Source: Candidatus Aminicenantes bacterium
GTDB lineage: Bacteria > Acidobacteriota > Aminicenantia > UBA2199
NCBI GenBank assembly: GCA_016934745.1
Contig: JAFGSF010000042.1
Span: 1,202 to 65,201 of the forward strand
Reading direction: 5' to 3'
Length of the DNA: 64,000 nt
The notes beneath the pieces are model-generated. The model did not search any database and was not told where the DNA came from. It saw nothing but the letters and a program-made list of their open reading frames with translations. This document shows positions 52,798 through 62,823 of the stretch, piece after piece (positions within the stretch are counted from its first letter, which is position 1; each line of letters begins with the position of its first letter). The position numbers and the translations under genes are program-made.

Positions 52798-54039
52798 ATG
52801 GATGAGAAAGAACCAGCCGCGCCAATGAGCGCTGAAGCGGTCATCCTGAAGAAACCCGAGCACGGGATCTCGCGGCGCCATATCGATGCCGATGCCCTCA
52901 AGATTCTTTTTCGCCTCCACCATCTCGGCTTTACCGCTTATTTGACCGGTGGCGCCGTCCGCGACATGATGCTGGGAAAAGTTCCGAAGGATTTCGACAT
53001 CGTTACCGATGCCCGTCCGGGACAGATCAAAAAATATTTTCATAGGGTCTTTATCGTCGGCCGGCGTTTTCGCCTGGCTCACGTCCATTTCGGCGCCGGC
53101 AAGGTCATCGAAGTGGCGACGTTCCGCAGGCATTCCAGCTTGGCCGGAGCGAACGGCGCCCATGGCAGGAATGTCCCGGAAACTATTTACGGGAGCCCCC
53201 GTGAAGACGCCTGGCGCAGGGACATCACGATCAATGCCCTGTTTTACGATGCGATCAGCACATCGGTTATTGACTATGTCGGTGGACTGGCCGACCTGCG
53301 CCTGAAAAGAATCCGCATCATCGGTGATAGCGGCCAACGCTTCCGCGAGGACCCGGTCCGCATCTGGCGTGTAATCCGTTACGCGGCCCGGGCGGGCTTT
53401 GCCATCAGTGAGGATACCGAGCGCGAAATCGCAGGCCATCGCCACCTCCTTGCCGATTGTTCGGGCGCCCGATTGTTCGAAGAGTTATATAAAGACTTGA
53501 ATTATATGGCAAGCAGGCCCGTTGTGGCCGCATTGAGAAAATTCCGGATTCTTGGACATATCATCGGCCGGGCCGGTACAGATTATGAAAACGATGACGC
53601 CCTGTTCGCCAGGCTCGATCATTTCCTGGCTGTCGAAGATTGTGAAAAGGCAAACGGTCACCGGCCCATGCTTGACGAGTTGTGCGCCATACTCTTCTGG
53701 CCTTGGCTTGAGCCCCAATTGGCCGCGGCCCAGGGTGACATGCAACTGGCCTTGAAAAAAGCGTTCCTGGATGCCAAAATGAGCGTATTGCTTCCCAAGA
53801 GCCTGCGTGCTCAGGTCATCGACATCCTGGTGCTGACCGTTAAAATGATCCGCGCCTTGCGAACGGGGCGCATGCGCTGGTCGATGCGCGGGCGCGCTCA
53901 ATACTCAAAAGCTTCCCGGCTGTGTTTCCTTGTTGAAAAAAAACGGGCGCCTGAAAGTGGAGAATCCTTCGAAAGCCTTTTCCAGCAAGCTTTCCCGCGA
54001 ATCTGGGTTTCAGGCCCACACCGGCGCCGCGGAAAATAG
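52798..54039 (+). CDS. polynucleotide adenylyltransferase / CCA-adding-enzyme family protein (PcnB-like)
   Basis: LTGGAVRDMMLGKVPKDFDIVTDARP... and GRRFRLAHV head-domain motifs. Confidence 0.8.
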   Translation: MDEKEPAAPMSAEAVILKKPEHGISRRHIDADALKILFRLHHLGFTAYLTGGAVRDMMLGKVPKDFDIVTDARPGQIKKYFHRVFIVGRRFRLAHVHFGAGKVIEVATFRRHSSLAGANGAHGRNVPETIYGSPREDAWRRDITINALFYDAISTSVIDYVGGLADLRLKRIRIIGDSGQRFREDPVRIWRVIRYAARAGFAISEDTEREIAGHRHLLADCSGARLFEELYKDLNYMASRPVVAALRKFRILGHIIGRAGTDYENDDALFARLDHFLAVEDCEKANGHRPMLDELCAILFWPWLEPQLAAAQGDMQLALKKAFLDAKMSVLLPKSLRAQVIDILVLTVKMIRALRTGRMRWSMRGRAQYSKASRLCFLVEKKRAPESGESFESLFQQAFPRIWVSGPHRRRGK

Positions 54040-54079
54040 CTGCACTATGCGGGCCTTTCTGCAGCTGAGCGGGATGTTT

Positions 54080-55402
54080 CTACAAGCCTGAAACCACGAT
54101 GTTTTCGAATACCAGGCTGGGGAAACGTCGGGAAGACGATAAAAACGGGTCGTCGGCCACTTCAATCAGCTTGTTCCAGAATTGAAGATGGTTGTCGGCA
54201 ATGTTCATTTCGGCTATGGCCTGTACCGGCTCTCCATTCTCAAACAGGTGGCCGGTGATCCCGATCGATGTATCGCCGGTGGTCGGGTTGGAATTACCGC
54301 CGATAAATCCGTTGATCAGAATGCCGCGGCCCAGATCTTTCATGATCTCTTTGACCGTCCGTTTTCCCGGCGGAATAACCAGGTTGCTTATATTTCCTGA
54401 AGTCGGTTCCCAGCCCAGTTTACGGCTGTAATACCAGTCGATGAAAAAATCTCTCAGGATTCCGGCTTCGATGATCATCCTTTTCCGGGCGCTGAAACCG
54501 TCGCCGTCGAACAGGCGGCTGCCCAGCCCGCCCCTGATGAAGGGATCGTCGATCAGGGTGAGGTGCTTGCTGGCAACCGCTTGGCCCTTCTTGTCGGCCA
54601 GGAAAGAGCGTTTCTGCTGGATGCTGCGTCCGAACATGGCGGCGAGGAAGCCGCCGAAGATCCTGCCCACGTTCTGGTTTTCAATGATTATCGGCAGGGT
54701 TTCGGTCTTGATTTTTTTAGCTCCTAGCATGGCCAGTGTCCGCTGCGCCGCCTGGATGCCGATAACCTCGGGCTTGGGCAGATCCTTGCGCGCAATGGCC
54801 ACGGCATAACTGTATCCGTTCGGCCGGCGCTCGCCGATGTCCCTGGCCGTCATTTCGGCCATGGCCAGGTAATAAGTTCCCTGTGCATGGCCGGTAAAAC
54901 CATTACTGGACATTTGCAGTGATTCCTGGGTGCCATCCTCTTCCCGGGCGGTGACCGAAACGACCTTGTCGCCACCTTCTTTCAGACAGGCTGTTTCCAG
55001 TGCTTTAACCATTTCATGCCGGTTTTCGGGGCTGAAGGAATTGTAGGCGGGGTCGACCAGTTCGAGATCCAGCTCGGCCCGTCCCTGGTAGTATTTGGGG
55101 TCGGGCAGGGTGCGCAAGGAATCTTCAGCCAGCAGTTTTGTTGCCGCTACCGCATGGGCAATGAATTCCTGGAGAGCACCTTTTCTCAGGTCCGAGGTGC
55201 TCTGCTGGGAAAAACGTCCATTGATATAAATCTCGATAATCAGCGCCTTGGTGGAAGCTTCCTTGATGTTTTCCGGCTGGCGGTCGCGGTAGCTGATTTC
55301 AACCGAGCGGTTGCTGTCGAGATTGACCTTGCAATGATCGGCGCCGGCCGCTTTCGTGGCTTTTATCACCCATGAAGTTAATTCAAGCATTTCCTTGTTC
55401 AT
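54080..55402 (-). CDS. TldE/PmbA-family metalloprotease subunit (no signal peptide)
   Basis: PmbA_TldD family length and C-terminal GD(T/S)S.G..G motifs. Sits immediately downstream of the TldD-like gene. Confidence 0.8.
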   Translation of the reverse strand: MNKEMLELTSWVIKATKAAGADHCKVNLDSNRSVEISYRDRQPENIKEASTKALIIEIYINGRFSQQSTSDLRKGALQEFIAHAVAATKLLAEDSLRTLPDPKYYQGRAELDLELVDPAYNSFSPENRHEMVKALETACLKEGGDKVVSVTAREEDGTQESLQMSSNGFTGHAQGTYYLAMAEMTARDIGERRPNGYSYAVAIARKDLPKPEVIGIQAAQRTLAMLGAKKIKTETLPIIIENQNVGRIFGGFLAAMFGRSIQQKRSFLADKKGQAVASKHLTLIDDPFIRGGLGSRLFDGDGFSARKRMIIEAGILRDFFIDWYYSRKLGWEPTSGNISNLVIPPGKRTVKEIMKDLGRGILINGFIGGNSNPTTGDTSIGITGHLFENGEPVQAIAEMNIADNHLQFWNKLIEVADDPFLSSSRRFPSLVFENIVVSGL

Positions 55403-55420
55403 GATCTTTCTCCTATTTTC

Positions 55421-56953
55421 TCAAGACTTCACGCCCCCCACAGTGAGCGATTTGACCAGGCATGACGGCTGCCCGAAACCGACCGGGACTCTCTGTCCGC
55501 CCTTGCCGCAGGCGCCGGTGCCCCCTGGGTGCAATTCGAGATCATTGCCCACCATGGTGATGTCCTGAAGCATCTTGGGGCCGTTGCCCATGATATTGAC
55601 ATCCTTGATGGTAGCGGTCAGCTTGCCGCTTTCGATCATTCTTCCTTGCGAAACATAGAATGCGAAATCGCCCTCGCCAATGTTGACCTGGCCATTGCTG
55701 ACATTCTGGACATAGATGCCCTTCTGGGCGCTGCGGATGATCTCGTCGCTTGGCGCTTGTCCTGCCAGCATGATCGTATTGCGCATGCGGGGCTGTACAT
55801 AGTGCTGGTAGCTTTCGCGACGGCCGTTGCCGGATGGTTTTACGTGGTAATGGTGCGCCGATATTTTGTCGTGCATGTAACTTTTCAAGATGCCGTTCTC
55901 GACCAGCACGGTTCTCTGTCCCGGCGTTCCTTCATCGTCAACATTGATTGAACCCAGCAGATTGGGAATGGTCCCGTCGTCAACGATCGTAATGAAGGGT
56001 TCGGCCACCTTTTTCCCGATCATCGTGCAGTAGGTGGAAGTTTTTTTGCGATTAAAATCGGCTTCCATGCCGTGACCGATGGCTTCGTGGAGCAGGATGG
56101 CGGTCACTCCCGGTGCAAATACCACCGGCATTTCACCGGCCGGGGGCTGGACGGCGTCAAAAAGCAACAGGGCGTCATGGACGGCTTTGCCGGCAATCGC
56201 ATCAATGGCTTCCTGGTTGAAAAATGAAAAATTCTGCCTTCCACCCAGGTTCCATCCCGCCTGTTCCCGCTTGCCGTTCTTTTCAGCTACAACCAAAGCA
56301 GTCAGATAATCCCTGGGCTGCAGGTCCTCAGCCTTGATGCCCTCGGAATTGACCACCATGATCCGCTTCTGCTGATCATGGAACGAGGCGTTGACCTTGA
56401 CCACCAGCGGTGATAGCGAAAAACATTTTTCATTGATTTTCTGGACCAGGGGAAGTTTGGATTCCAATGCGACGGTGGTCAGCAGTTTTTCCAGGGGATA
56501 AAAGTTTTTGGTTTCCAGCCAGGTCAAGGTGGCTGCCGGCGTCACCTTCACTCCGCTGGCAATGGTGGCGGCAATGGCGGCGGCGTTCAACATTGATTTT
56601 TCATTCAGCTCCTGGGTGAATCCATAGCCGACCTGGTCATTTTTCACGGTGCGGATGCCCACGCCGAGCGCCACATCGCTGAAAGCCCGGTTGACCTTGC
56701 CGTCTTCCAGTACAATCCAGTTGCTGATGGTGTGCTCAAAATAAAGGTCGGCGAAATCTCCGCCTCGGGATAGGGCCTCAGCCAGTACCCTTTGACATAG
56801 CGCATCCGTGATGCCGAATTCCCGTTCGAAATAGCCCGGTTTTTCGGCTGCCAGCAATTGTTGCCAGCCTCCGCCGATGATCGGTACGGCGGCGCCCATG
56901 GCGGCCACTCCGGCCGTGGTTTTTAAAAAAGAGCGTCTGCTCATTTCCCTCAT
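55421..56953 (-). CDS. TldD-family metalloprotease with a twin-arginine (Tat) signal peptide
   Basis: AAGGAGG RBS before ATG 56953. MREMSRRSFLKTTAGVAAMGAAVPIIGG. HEAIGHGMEAD (HExxxH). Confidence 0.85.
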   Translation of the reverse strand: MREMSRRSFLKTTAGVAAMGAAVPIIGGGWQQLLAAEKPGYFEREFGITDALCQRVLAEALSRGGDFADLYFEHTISNWIVLEDGKVNRAFSDVALGVGIRTVKNDQVGYGFTQELNEKSMLNAAAIAATIASGVKVTPAATLTWLETKNFYPLEKLLTTVALESKLPLVQKINEKCFSLSPLVVKVNASFHDQQKRIMVVNSEGIKAEDLQPRDYLTALVVAEKNGKREQAGWNLGGRQNFSFFNQEAIDAIAGKAVHDALLLFDAVQPPAGEMPVVFAPGVTAILLHEAIGHGMEADFNRKKTSTYCTMIGKKVAEPFITIVDDGTIPNLLGSINVDDEGTPGQRTVLVENGILKSYMHDKISAHHYHVKPSGNGRRESYQHYVQPRMRNTIMLAGQAPSDEIIRSAQKGIYVQNVSNGQVNIGEGDFAFYVSQGRMIESGKLTATIKDVNIMGNGPKMLQDITMVGNDLELHPGGTGACGKGGQRVPVGFGQPSCLVKSLTVGGVKS

Positions 56954-57115
56954 GCATTCCTCCTTAATGTTGTTTTTAGGTACACTCACTGGTTGGCTTC
57001 ATGCTATGATAATATTAAGACGTTTTATTTTGTGAAAAGTTTCCTGGGAGTCATTTTTCAAGCGCTGCCATGGCCATCCTGCGACCGGCTGTTTCGATGA
57101 CTTCCTTGAGACGGT

Positions 57116-58306
57116 TTAACGGATTTCCTCCAGAACGGATAGTGCTTTTTCAGCCAGCCGGTTTTGAAAAGCGGCCAGTTCCGCCGGAGTGTGTATCACT
57201 TTTAGAAATCCATCGGTCAGGTCGAATATTTCCCTTTCGCAATCCAGCAGCCGCGGCAAAAATCCCGTCCCCTGACGATTGTCCAGGCGGGAGACATCCA
57301 GGTAGGCGCGACGGTCGACTTCGGGAAAAGGGCGGGCGATTTTTTTCAGACGCTTGGCGGCCAGGTACAGTGCCGCCGTTTCACCCCGGGCCAGCGGCAC
57401 GGCTGCCGCGCCCGCCTCTACCCACATGGGTACGGCGATGGTGAACAAAGGTTCGCCCAGCATGACCCAAAGGGTGGCCAGGGAATCATCCCGGCCCGGG
57501 ATGCGGCCGCAAACAACTACGGCTGCCGATGTGGATTCGCGGTCGATGGTGTCCCGGGTAGCGATCCAGAATGGTTTTGCGCCGGAAATGTTTTTAAATG
57601 ACGGGAAGGCGGGCTGTTGAACCAGAACATGCCCGGTGTCGCGGCTGATTTGGCTTAGAATCCACTGGTACGAGATCCGGCCAGGAATTTTCTCACGGAA
57701 CAATTGACTGGCTCTTTCGAAACGCAGGTAACCGCTTCCACTCCCGGCTTCACCGCTGCGGGCAAAGTTGGTGTTGATGATGTACTTTTCAGGGAAATCG
57801 GCCGCCAGGTGTTTTTTATAGGCGTGATTGGACACTTCGAATAGGGCTGTCGAACCGGCTGCATCCAGAACGCCGAAATTGGCCAAGCTGCCCAGGCTGG
57901 GTCCCAGGTTTGACCGGATATAATGCTCAAAATCGGCCACGCTCGAGCATGTGCGCAAGGCGTCGGCCATGATGGTTCCTTCCATATCTTTCAATTCTCC
58001 GCTTTTTTCGGGAAGATTGTAGGCTACGGAGTTAAAAATCGCGAAGCCGGCCGAATTCAGGCCGGCGTAAACCCAGCGACCGGAACGATCTTCGGAATTG
58101 ACCAGGGCCAGGTACGAAAACGGACTTTCAGCAACAAAGATGACCTTGTTGCTTAAAAAATCGGTGTCGCGGTTTTTCCAGAGCATGGGACGACCGTGGC
58201 TGGAGGCTGTAGCACTGATCACGGCTGTTGTGCAGGCATGGCTTGACGGCGAAAGGATGCAGGCCAAAGCCATGGCACCGATCAGGGACGAAAATAATCT
58301 TTTCAT
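57116..58306 (-). CDS. secreted N-terminal-nucleophile (Ntn) hydrolase, Cys-nucleophile type (C45/C59/C69-like)
   Basis: Signal peptide MKRLFSSLIGAMALACILSPSSHA followed directly by CTTAVISATASSHGRPMLWKNRDT. Confidence 0.6.
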   Translation of the reverse strand: MKRLFSSLIGAMALACILSPSSHACTTAVISATASSHGRPMLWKNRDTDFLSNKVIFVAESPFSYLALVNSEDRSGRWVYAGLNSAGFAIFNSVAYNLPEKSGELKDMEGTIMADALRTCSSVADFEHYIRSNLGPSLGSLANFGVLDAAGSTALFEVSNHAYKKHLAADFPEKYIINTNFARSGEAGSGSGYLRFERASQLFREKIPGRISYQWILSQISRDTGHVLVQQPAFPSFKNISGAKPFWIATRDTIDRESTSAAVVVCGRIPGRDDSLATLWVMLGEPLFTIAVPMWVEAGAAAVPLARGETAALYLAAKRLKKIARPFPEVDRRAYLDVSRLDNRQGTGFLPRLLDCEREIFDLTDGFLKVIHTPAELAAFQNRLAEKALSVLEEIR

Positions 58307-58430
58307 ACTTGCCTCATTGTCATGCATGATAGGAGAAGCGTGTAAAAAAGTCAACCGCCGTCACAGAACGTGAAGCGCAGATGATTTTGTGCTACAATAG
58401 CCATTTCCCGGGCAGGAGCGGGATAACAAG

Positions 58431-59162
58431 ATGGTTAATCTGTCCAATTGGCCCGTCATTAGTATTTTCAGCCGCTGGTTCACGGCCGCCAACAATGCTA
58501 CTGAGGGAATTCTGCAGGCTGTCAAGACCCAGCCCCATTTGAAATTCCACCTGCTGGCCTCGTTTTCGGTCCTGCTCGGCTGTTTTGTCATCGGGCTTGA
58601 CAAGTATGAGTTCGCCCTGATCGCCATGATCACCATCGTGGTCATCGTCACCGAAATGTTCAATTCGGCCCTGGAAGCGGTGGTGGATTTGACGACGCAG
58701 GAGTTCAAACTCCTGGCCCGGACGGCCAAGGATGTTTCAGCCGGAGCTGTACTGATCAGTGCCATCGGCGCCCTGGTCATAGCTTATTTGATCCTGGGTC
58801 CGCACCTGGTCAATATCTGGCTTGGATTTTACCGTGTTCCGCGCCATGCGGCCGGAAATATTGCGTTATTGGCCCTGATCATGATCATGTTGATCGTCAT
58901 CCTGATCAAGTCCCATTTCGGTAGCGGCCATCCGCTGCGCGGTGGTTTTCCCAGCGGTCATAGTGCTTCGGCATTTTCACTGTGGATTTCCCTTGTTCAT
59001 GTGACCGTCAATCCCTGGCTGATCGGCCTGGGATTGTTGGGAGCGATCTTGATTGCCGCCAGTCGCTTGCGCTTGAAAATCCATACGTTTCGTGATGTTT
59101 TTTTTGGCGCTTTACTGGGCTGCGCGATGACCTTGATCCTGTTCAAGGTGTTTTTTCACTAA
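58431..59162 (+). CDS. diacylglycerol/undecaprenol kinase (DgkA) fused to a PAP2-type phosphatase domain
   Basis: DgkA-like N half (ATEGILQAV...VTEMFNSALEAVVDL...AKDVSAGAVLISA). PAP2 motifs in the C half (PSGHSASAF; SRLRLKIHTFRDVFFGALLG). Confidence 0.7.
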   Translation: MVNLSNWPVISIFSRWFTAANNATEGILQAVKTQPHLKFHLLASFSVLLGCFVIGLDKYEFALIAMITIVVIVTEMFNSALEAVVDLTTQEFKLLARTAKDVSAGAVLISAIGALVIAYLILGPHLVNIWLGFYRVPRHAAGNIALLALIMIMLIVILIKSHFGSGHPLRGGFPSGHSASAFSLWISLVHVTVNPWLIGLGLLGAILIAASRLRLKIHTFRDVFFGALLGCAMTLILFKVFFH

Positions 59163-59163
59163 C

Positions 59164-60534
59164 ATGATGCGCATGAAGGTTCGTTTCATTCTGGCGGCCA
59201 GTTTGCTGATTTTTATGGTTGGTTGCGGCAAATCTGCCTTGAACATGATTCCCGAAATCAGTCCGCCCCTGATCCAGGAAGAGGTTTTTTCCTGGACCGG
59301 GCAAACAGCCGGCCATGTGCTGTTTTCCTGTACAGCGGGTGTCGGCTGGGTTGACAAGTCCGGGCAAATCGTCACCTGGAATCCTGAACAAAAGACCGCC
59401 GGCAAGATATTTCCCCTGCCTTTTGCGGTCAGTGATCCTCCCTTGTGCCAGGGTGATTTTTTGGCGCTGCAAAGTCAGACGGGTGATCAATTGCTTGTCT
59501 TCGATCTGGTTTTGATGAAAATAAAATTTGCGGCAAGTCAATTGACGGTGAAGCGGATCCTGGGCGTCGACGGCCGCCACTTGGTTCATCTGGACGGTGA
59601 AAACCTGGTGGTTCGAGATTTACTGAACCCGGACGCTATTTTTTATCAGCCTACTATCGATCAGGATTTTTTCAACTGTTGTTTCTTCCCCGAGCGCATC
59701 CTGATCATGAGCCGCGGCCATTTTTTTGTTTTTTGGAGGCATAACGGGAAATTCCAGCAGGTGCCCTTGCCTTTGCCGGCCGTCTCTCCATTCGCCTGCC
59801 AGGGGGGAAATATTTTTTACGGCTCCCGCCAGCGGCAGCTGGTGAAATATTCTCTGCGACGCCGGAAACTAATCTGGAAATTGAAACTGGGCCATGACTT
59901 GGTGCGGCAACCGCTGGTTCAGGCCGGAACCATCGTGGTCAGCCCGGCCGACAACAATGTGCTGCTGGTGAGCGGCAGCGGCAACATACGCTGGTGGCTG
60001 GCGCTCAATTCCATCATGCAATCCGATCTGGTGCCCTTGGTTGACCATCTCGCCGCTTTTTTAATTAATCACGAAATAAAATTCATTCACATCCGCAGCC
60101 AGCAGGTCACGCCTTTTAAAATCCAGGGCCGTCCGGCGGGAATGCCCCTGGCTTACAAAAACGATTTGTATTTTCTGGTTGCGGCCGGGGAAAAGCAAAA
60201 ACTGCAGCGGGTCGGCAATCAGTACGGCCTCGAGGTGACGGTAGCTCCGGGCCAGGCGCAATGGTTGGGCGTACCCGTGACCGTTTCCTTCCGGAGCAGC
60301 AATCTGCTCAAGCCGCTCATCCAGTGCGTGATCCGCGACCAAAGCGGGAAAACCGTTCTGCTGAAAAAATTCGGCCTGGCTGCACAGGGTCAATTGGTTT
60401 GGCTGCCGCAGCGGGCCGGAATTTACCAGGTGCACGTGAGCGCCGTGGCCCTGAACCGTAAGGACGAAAAGGAAGTTTCTTTTCAAGTCTTCGATCCGCG
60501 TCCCATCATGTCGATATGGCCATTCCATTTTTAA
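59164..60534 (+). CDS. lipoprotein, PQQ-like beta-propeller (BamB-like) candidate plus a C-terminal Ig-like region
   Basis: Lipobox LIFMVGC. Repeated ..G.I....G.L......G...W strands. Weak assignment. Confidence 0.35.
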   Translation: MMRMKVRFILAASLLIFMVGCGKSALNMIPEISPPLIQEEVFSWTGQTAGHVLFSCTAGVGWVDKSGQIVTWNPEQKTAGKIFPLPFAVSDPPLCQGDFLALQSQTGDQLLVFDLVLMKIKFAASQLTVKRILGVDGRHLVHLDGENLVVRDLLNPDAIFYQPTIDQDFFNCCFFPERILIMSRGHFFVFWRHNGKFQQVPLPLPAVSPFACQGGNIFYGSRQRQLVKYSLRRRKLIWKLKLGHDLVRQPLVQAGTIVVSPADNNVLLVSGSGNIRWWLALNSIMQSDLVPLVDHLAAFLINHEIKFIHIRSQQVTPFKIQGRPAGMPLAYKNDLYFLVAAGEKQKLQRVGNQYGLEVTVAPGQAQWLGVPVTVSFRSSNLLKPLIQCVIRDQSGKTVLLKKFGLAAQGQLVWLPQRAGIYQVHVSAVALNRKDEKEVSFQVFDPRPIMSIWPFHF

Positions 60535-60551
60535 GCCGGCATGGAGGAAAG

Positions 60552-61046
60552 ATGAAAAACAAGTGGTGCTTGTGGCTGGCTATCTTGGTGCTCGGATCGA
60601 CCCTCATGGCACGGGAGAAACCAATCTGCGTCATGGAAACCGAAAAGGGAGCCGTTGCTTTTGAACTTTTCCCCGAGGTGGCGCCGCGGACCGTGGAACG
60701 AATCAGCGTCTTGATCCGCAGTGGTTTTTACAGCAATATTATTTTTCACCGCGTGGTGGCCAATTTTGTCGTGCAGGCCGGCGATCCGACTGGAAGCGGA
60801 GAGGGCGGGTCCGGCCAAACCATTGCCGCCGAGTTTTCGCATCTTCACTTTATCCGCGGCAGCGTGGGCATGGCCCGAAATGAAGATATCCATTCCAATG
60901 ACAGCCAGTTTTTCATCTGCCTCAACGACCAGCCGCATCTGGACGGCAAGTATACCCTGTTTGGCCAAGTGATTCGCGGCGCCGATGTCCTGGATAAAAT
61001 CCTTCCGGGCGATAAAATCCTGTCCATGCACCTGGAAATTAAATAA
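60552..61046 (+). CDS. secreted cyclophilin-type peptidyl-prolyl cis-trans isomerase
   Basis: GGAGG RBS. Signal peptide. FHRVVANFVVQAGDPTGSGEGG, HLDGKYTLFGQV. Confidence 0.9.
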   Translation: MKNKWCLWLAILVLGSTLMAREKPICVMETEKGAVAFELFPEVAPRTVERISVLIRSGFYSNIIFHRVVANFVVQAGDPTGSGEGGSGQTIAAEFSHLHFIRGSVGMARNEDIHSNDSQFFICLNDQPHLDGKYTLFGQVIRGADVLDKILPGDKILSMHLEIK

Positions 61047-61991
61047 ATGTTTTCCTCGTTGACCCCCTGGTTGCGCGAACAGCGCCTGGATTTCCACGAA
61101 AACATTGCCATCGGGTCTTGGCTTCATTTTAAAATCGGTGGCAAAGTCAGCCTGCTGGTCACCTGCAATTCTCCGGCCCAGTTGACGGCTTGTTTAAAAA
61201 AAGTAATCGTGGAGAAAATCCCCTACCTGCTTATCGGCGGCGGTTCCAATATTGTTTTCAGTGACGGTTTGACGCGGGCGGTTGTCTTGCTATATCAGGG
61301 TACGGCAAAAAAAACGGCTGCGGCAAAAATTCTAGGCGGCCGTGCCTTGCAGGTTGACGGCCATGTTAAGAATCAGCTTTTTCTATCCTGGTGCGCAGCC
61401 CACGGCGTCGGCGGTCTGGAATTCCTTTCAGGTATCCCCGGTACCATGGGCGGGGCGGCGGCTGTCAACGCCGGCGCATTCGGCCAATCTTTGGCCGATG
61501 TCCTGCTGGGCGCCGATATCGTCGACAAACGGGGCAACATGGCCGCGGTTGACGCCGGATATTTCGCCTTCACATACCGCGGTTCGCGTTTCAAACTCGG
61601 CAATGAAGCGATCGTGTCTTTGCGCTTGAAATTCCATGCTGAAAAGAAAAGGGTTGTTGCCGGGAAAATCAAGGCGAACCTGGAATACCGGCTGGCGAAC
61701 CATCCTTCCTACCGTTTGCATTCCGCTGGCTGCTTTTTTAAAAACCCGTTGATACGGGGTGCGAAGCAATCGGCCGGCCAAATCATCGAAACATGCGGTT
61801 TGAAAGGCCTGGCTGTCGGCGGCATGTCCGTGGCTGACACCCATGCCAATTTTCTGATTCATAGCGGAGGCGCCACTTTTAAAGAACTGGAACGGCTCGA
61901 GCAAAAGATTAAAACCGCCGTAAAAGCGCGCACCGGCATCAGCCTGGAACGGGAAGTGATTTACGTGTCGGCGCGCGGAGAAAAGTACTGA
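61047..61991 (+). CDS. murB: UDP-N-acetylenolpyruvoylglucosamine reductase
   Basis: FKIGGKVSLLV...LLIGGGSNIVF...GIPGTMGGAAAVNAGAFG...AGCFFKNP. Confidence 0.9.
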   Translation: MFSSLTPWLREQRLDFHENIAIGSWLHFKIGGKVSLLVTCNSPAQLTACLKKVIVEKIPYLLIGGGSNIVFSDGLTRAVVLLYQGTAKKTAAAKILGGRALQVDGHVKNQLFLSWCAAHGVGGLEFLSGIPGTMGGAAAVNAGAFGQSLADVLLGADIVDKRGNMAAVDAGYFAFTYRGSRFKLGNEAIVSLRLKFHAEKKRVVAGKIKANLEYRLANHPSYRLHSAGCFFKNPLIRGAKQSAGQIIETCGLKGLAVGGMSVADTHANFLIHSGGATFKELERLEQKIKTAVKARTGISLEREVIYVSARGEKY

Positions 61992-62005
61992 AAAGCGAAA
62001 AAAAA

Positions 62006-62033
62006 CCGTCCCTTTCCGTGCGGAAAGGGACGG
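62006..62033 (-). terminator. intrinsic terminator (12-bp perfect GC-rich stem) between convergent murB and paralog A
   Basis: CCGTCCCTTTCC-GTGC-GGAAAGGGACGG. On the minus strand it is followed by T8. Confidence 0.75.
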
Positions 62034-62063
62034 TCGAAAATTCCGGATACCCGGAGAAGGGGC

Positions 62064-62690
62064 TTATTTGGAGAGCAACTCCCGAGATTTCTTTTCCTTG
62101 GATTTGGACGGTGTTCGGGGGGTGACGGCGCCTGAGCCGATACGAATTCCGCTCCAGGTACCGATTTCGTCCCAATAGGTCCATGTATAGGTGCCGCTGA
62201 TCTTGTTTTTGTTGTCGAACTGTCCGGTCATGGTGATGGAAATTGTATTGTACTTGATATAGGCGATGTTTTTGCCACTGATGCTGTACGTGCCGCTCAA
62301 GCCATCGGAATCCACGAAAGTCCCGCTCTTTTTGGTGCCGGTGAAAGTCATGTCCCAATAAAGATCATCGCCCGGGTATGTAATGGAAATAAAGCTGATA
62401 TCCCAGGTGCCGACGATGTTGTAATTTTTTAAAACCACCAGAACCAATACGACGGCCGTGATGGTGAGCAGGCCCACGCCGATCAGAATGAAAGGCAGTG
62501 CGCTTTTTCCCTTGGCCCCGGACATGCTGCCGCCTTCTTCTTCAATGAAGTTCGGCGCCTGTTCGCTGTTGGCGGCACCGATCTGCTCGGGGCCATTGGC
62601 CGCGGCCACGGGCATGGTCGAAAGCTGCATCAGCCAAATGAAAGTCAAGGCGACAAATAAAGCAATCCATTTTTGTTGTTTTTTTATCAT
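62064..62690 (-). CDS. small membrane-anchored beta-rich protein, family member A
   Basis: AGGAGG RBS. MIKKQQKWIALFVALTFIWLMQLSTMP..., acidic spacer, TM helix LPFILIGVGLLTITAVVLVLVVL, then a G.W...SGTF...GTY.I.GKN...SGTY...GTW domain. Confidence 0.7.
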   Translation of the reverse strand: MIKKQQKWIALFVALTFIWLMQLSTMPVAAANGPEQIGAANSEQAPNFIEEEGGSMSGAKGKSALPFILIGVGLLTITAVVLVLVVLKNYNIVGTWDISFISITYPGDDLYWDMTFTGTKKSGTFVDSDGLSGTYSISGKNIAYIKYNTISITMTGQFDNKNKISGTYTWTYWDEIGTWSGIRIGSGAVTPRTPSKSKEKKSRELLSK

Positions 62691-62823
62691 GGACAATAGT
62701 CCTCCTGATTTTTAGATACTCCATTATATATGAGATTGCTTTTTCATTGTCAATGTTTCGGGCAATAAAAAAGCCTCACAAGCAATATATTGTTTTTTGA
62801 CTATTCCCGGACGCTGATGGCGG

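Noticed and set aside
62741-62790. 10-bp palindrome CAATATATTG and nearby A/T runs between paralogs A and B as a terminator or operator
   Set aside because: It is AT-only and very short, with no stable stem. The candidate promoter TTGACA-N17-TATATA for paralog A already accounts for the region.
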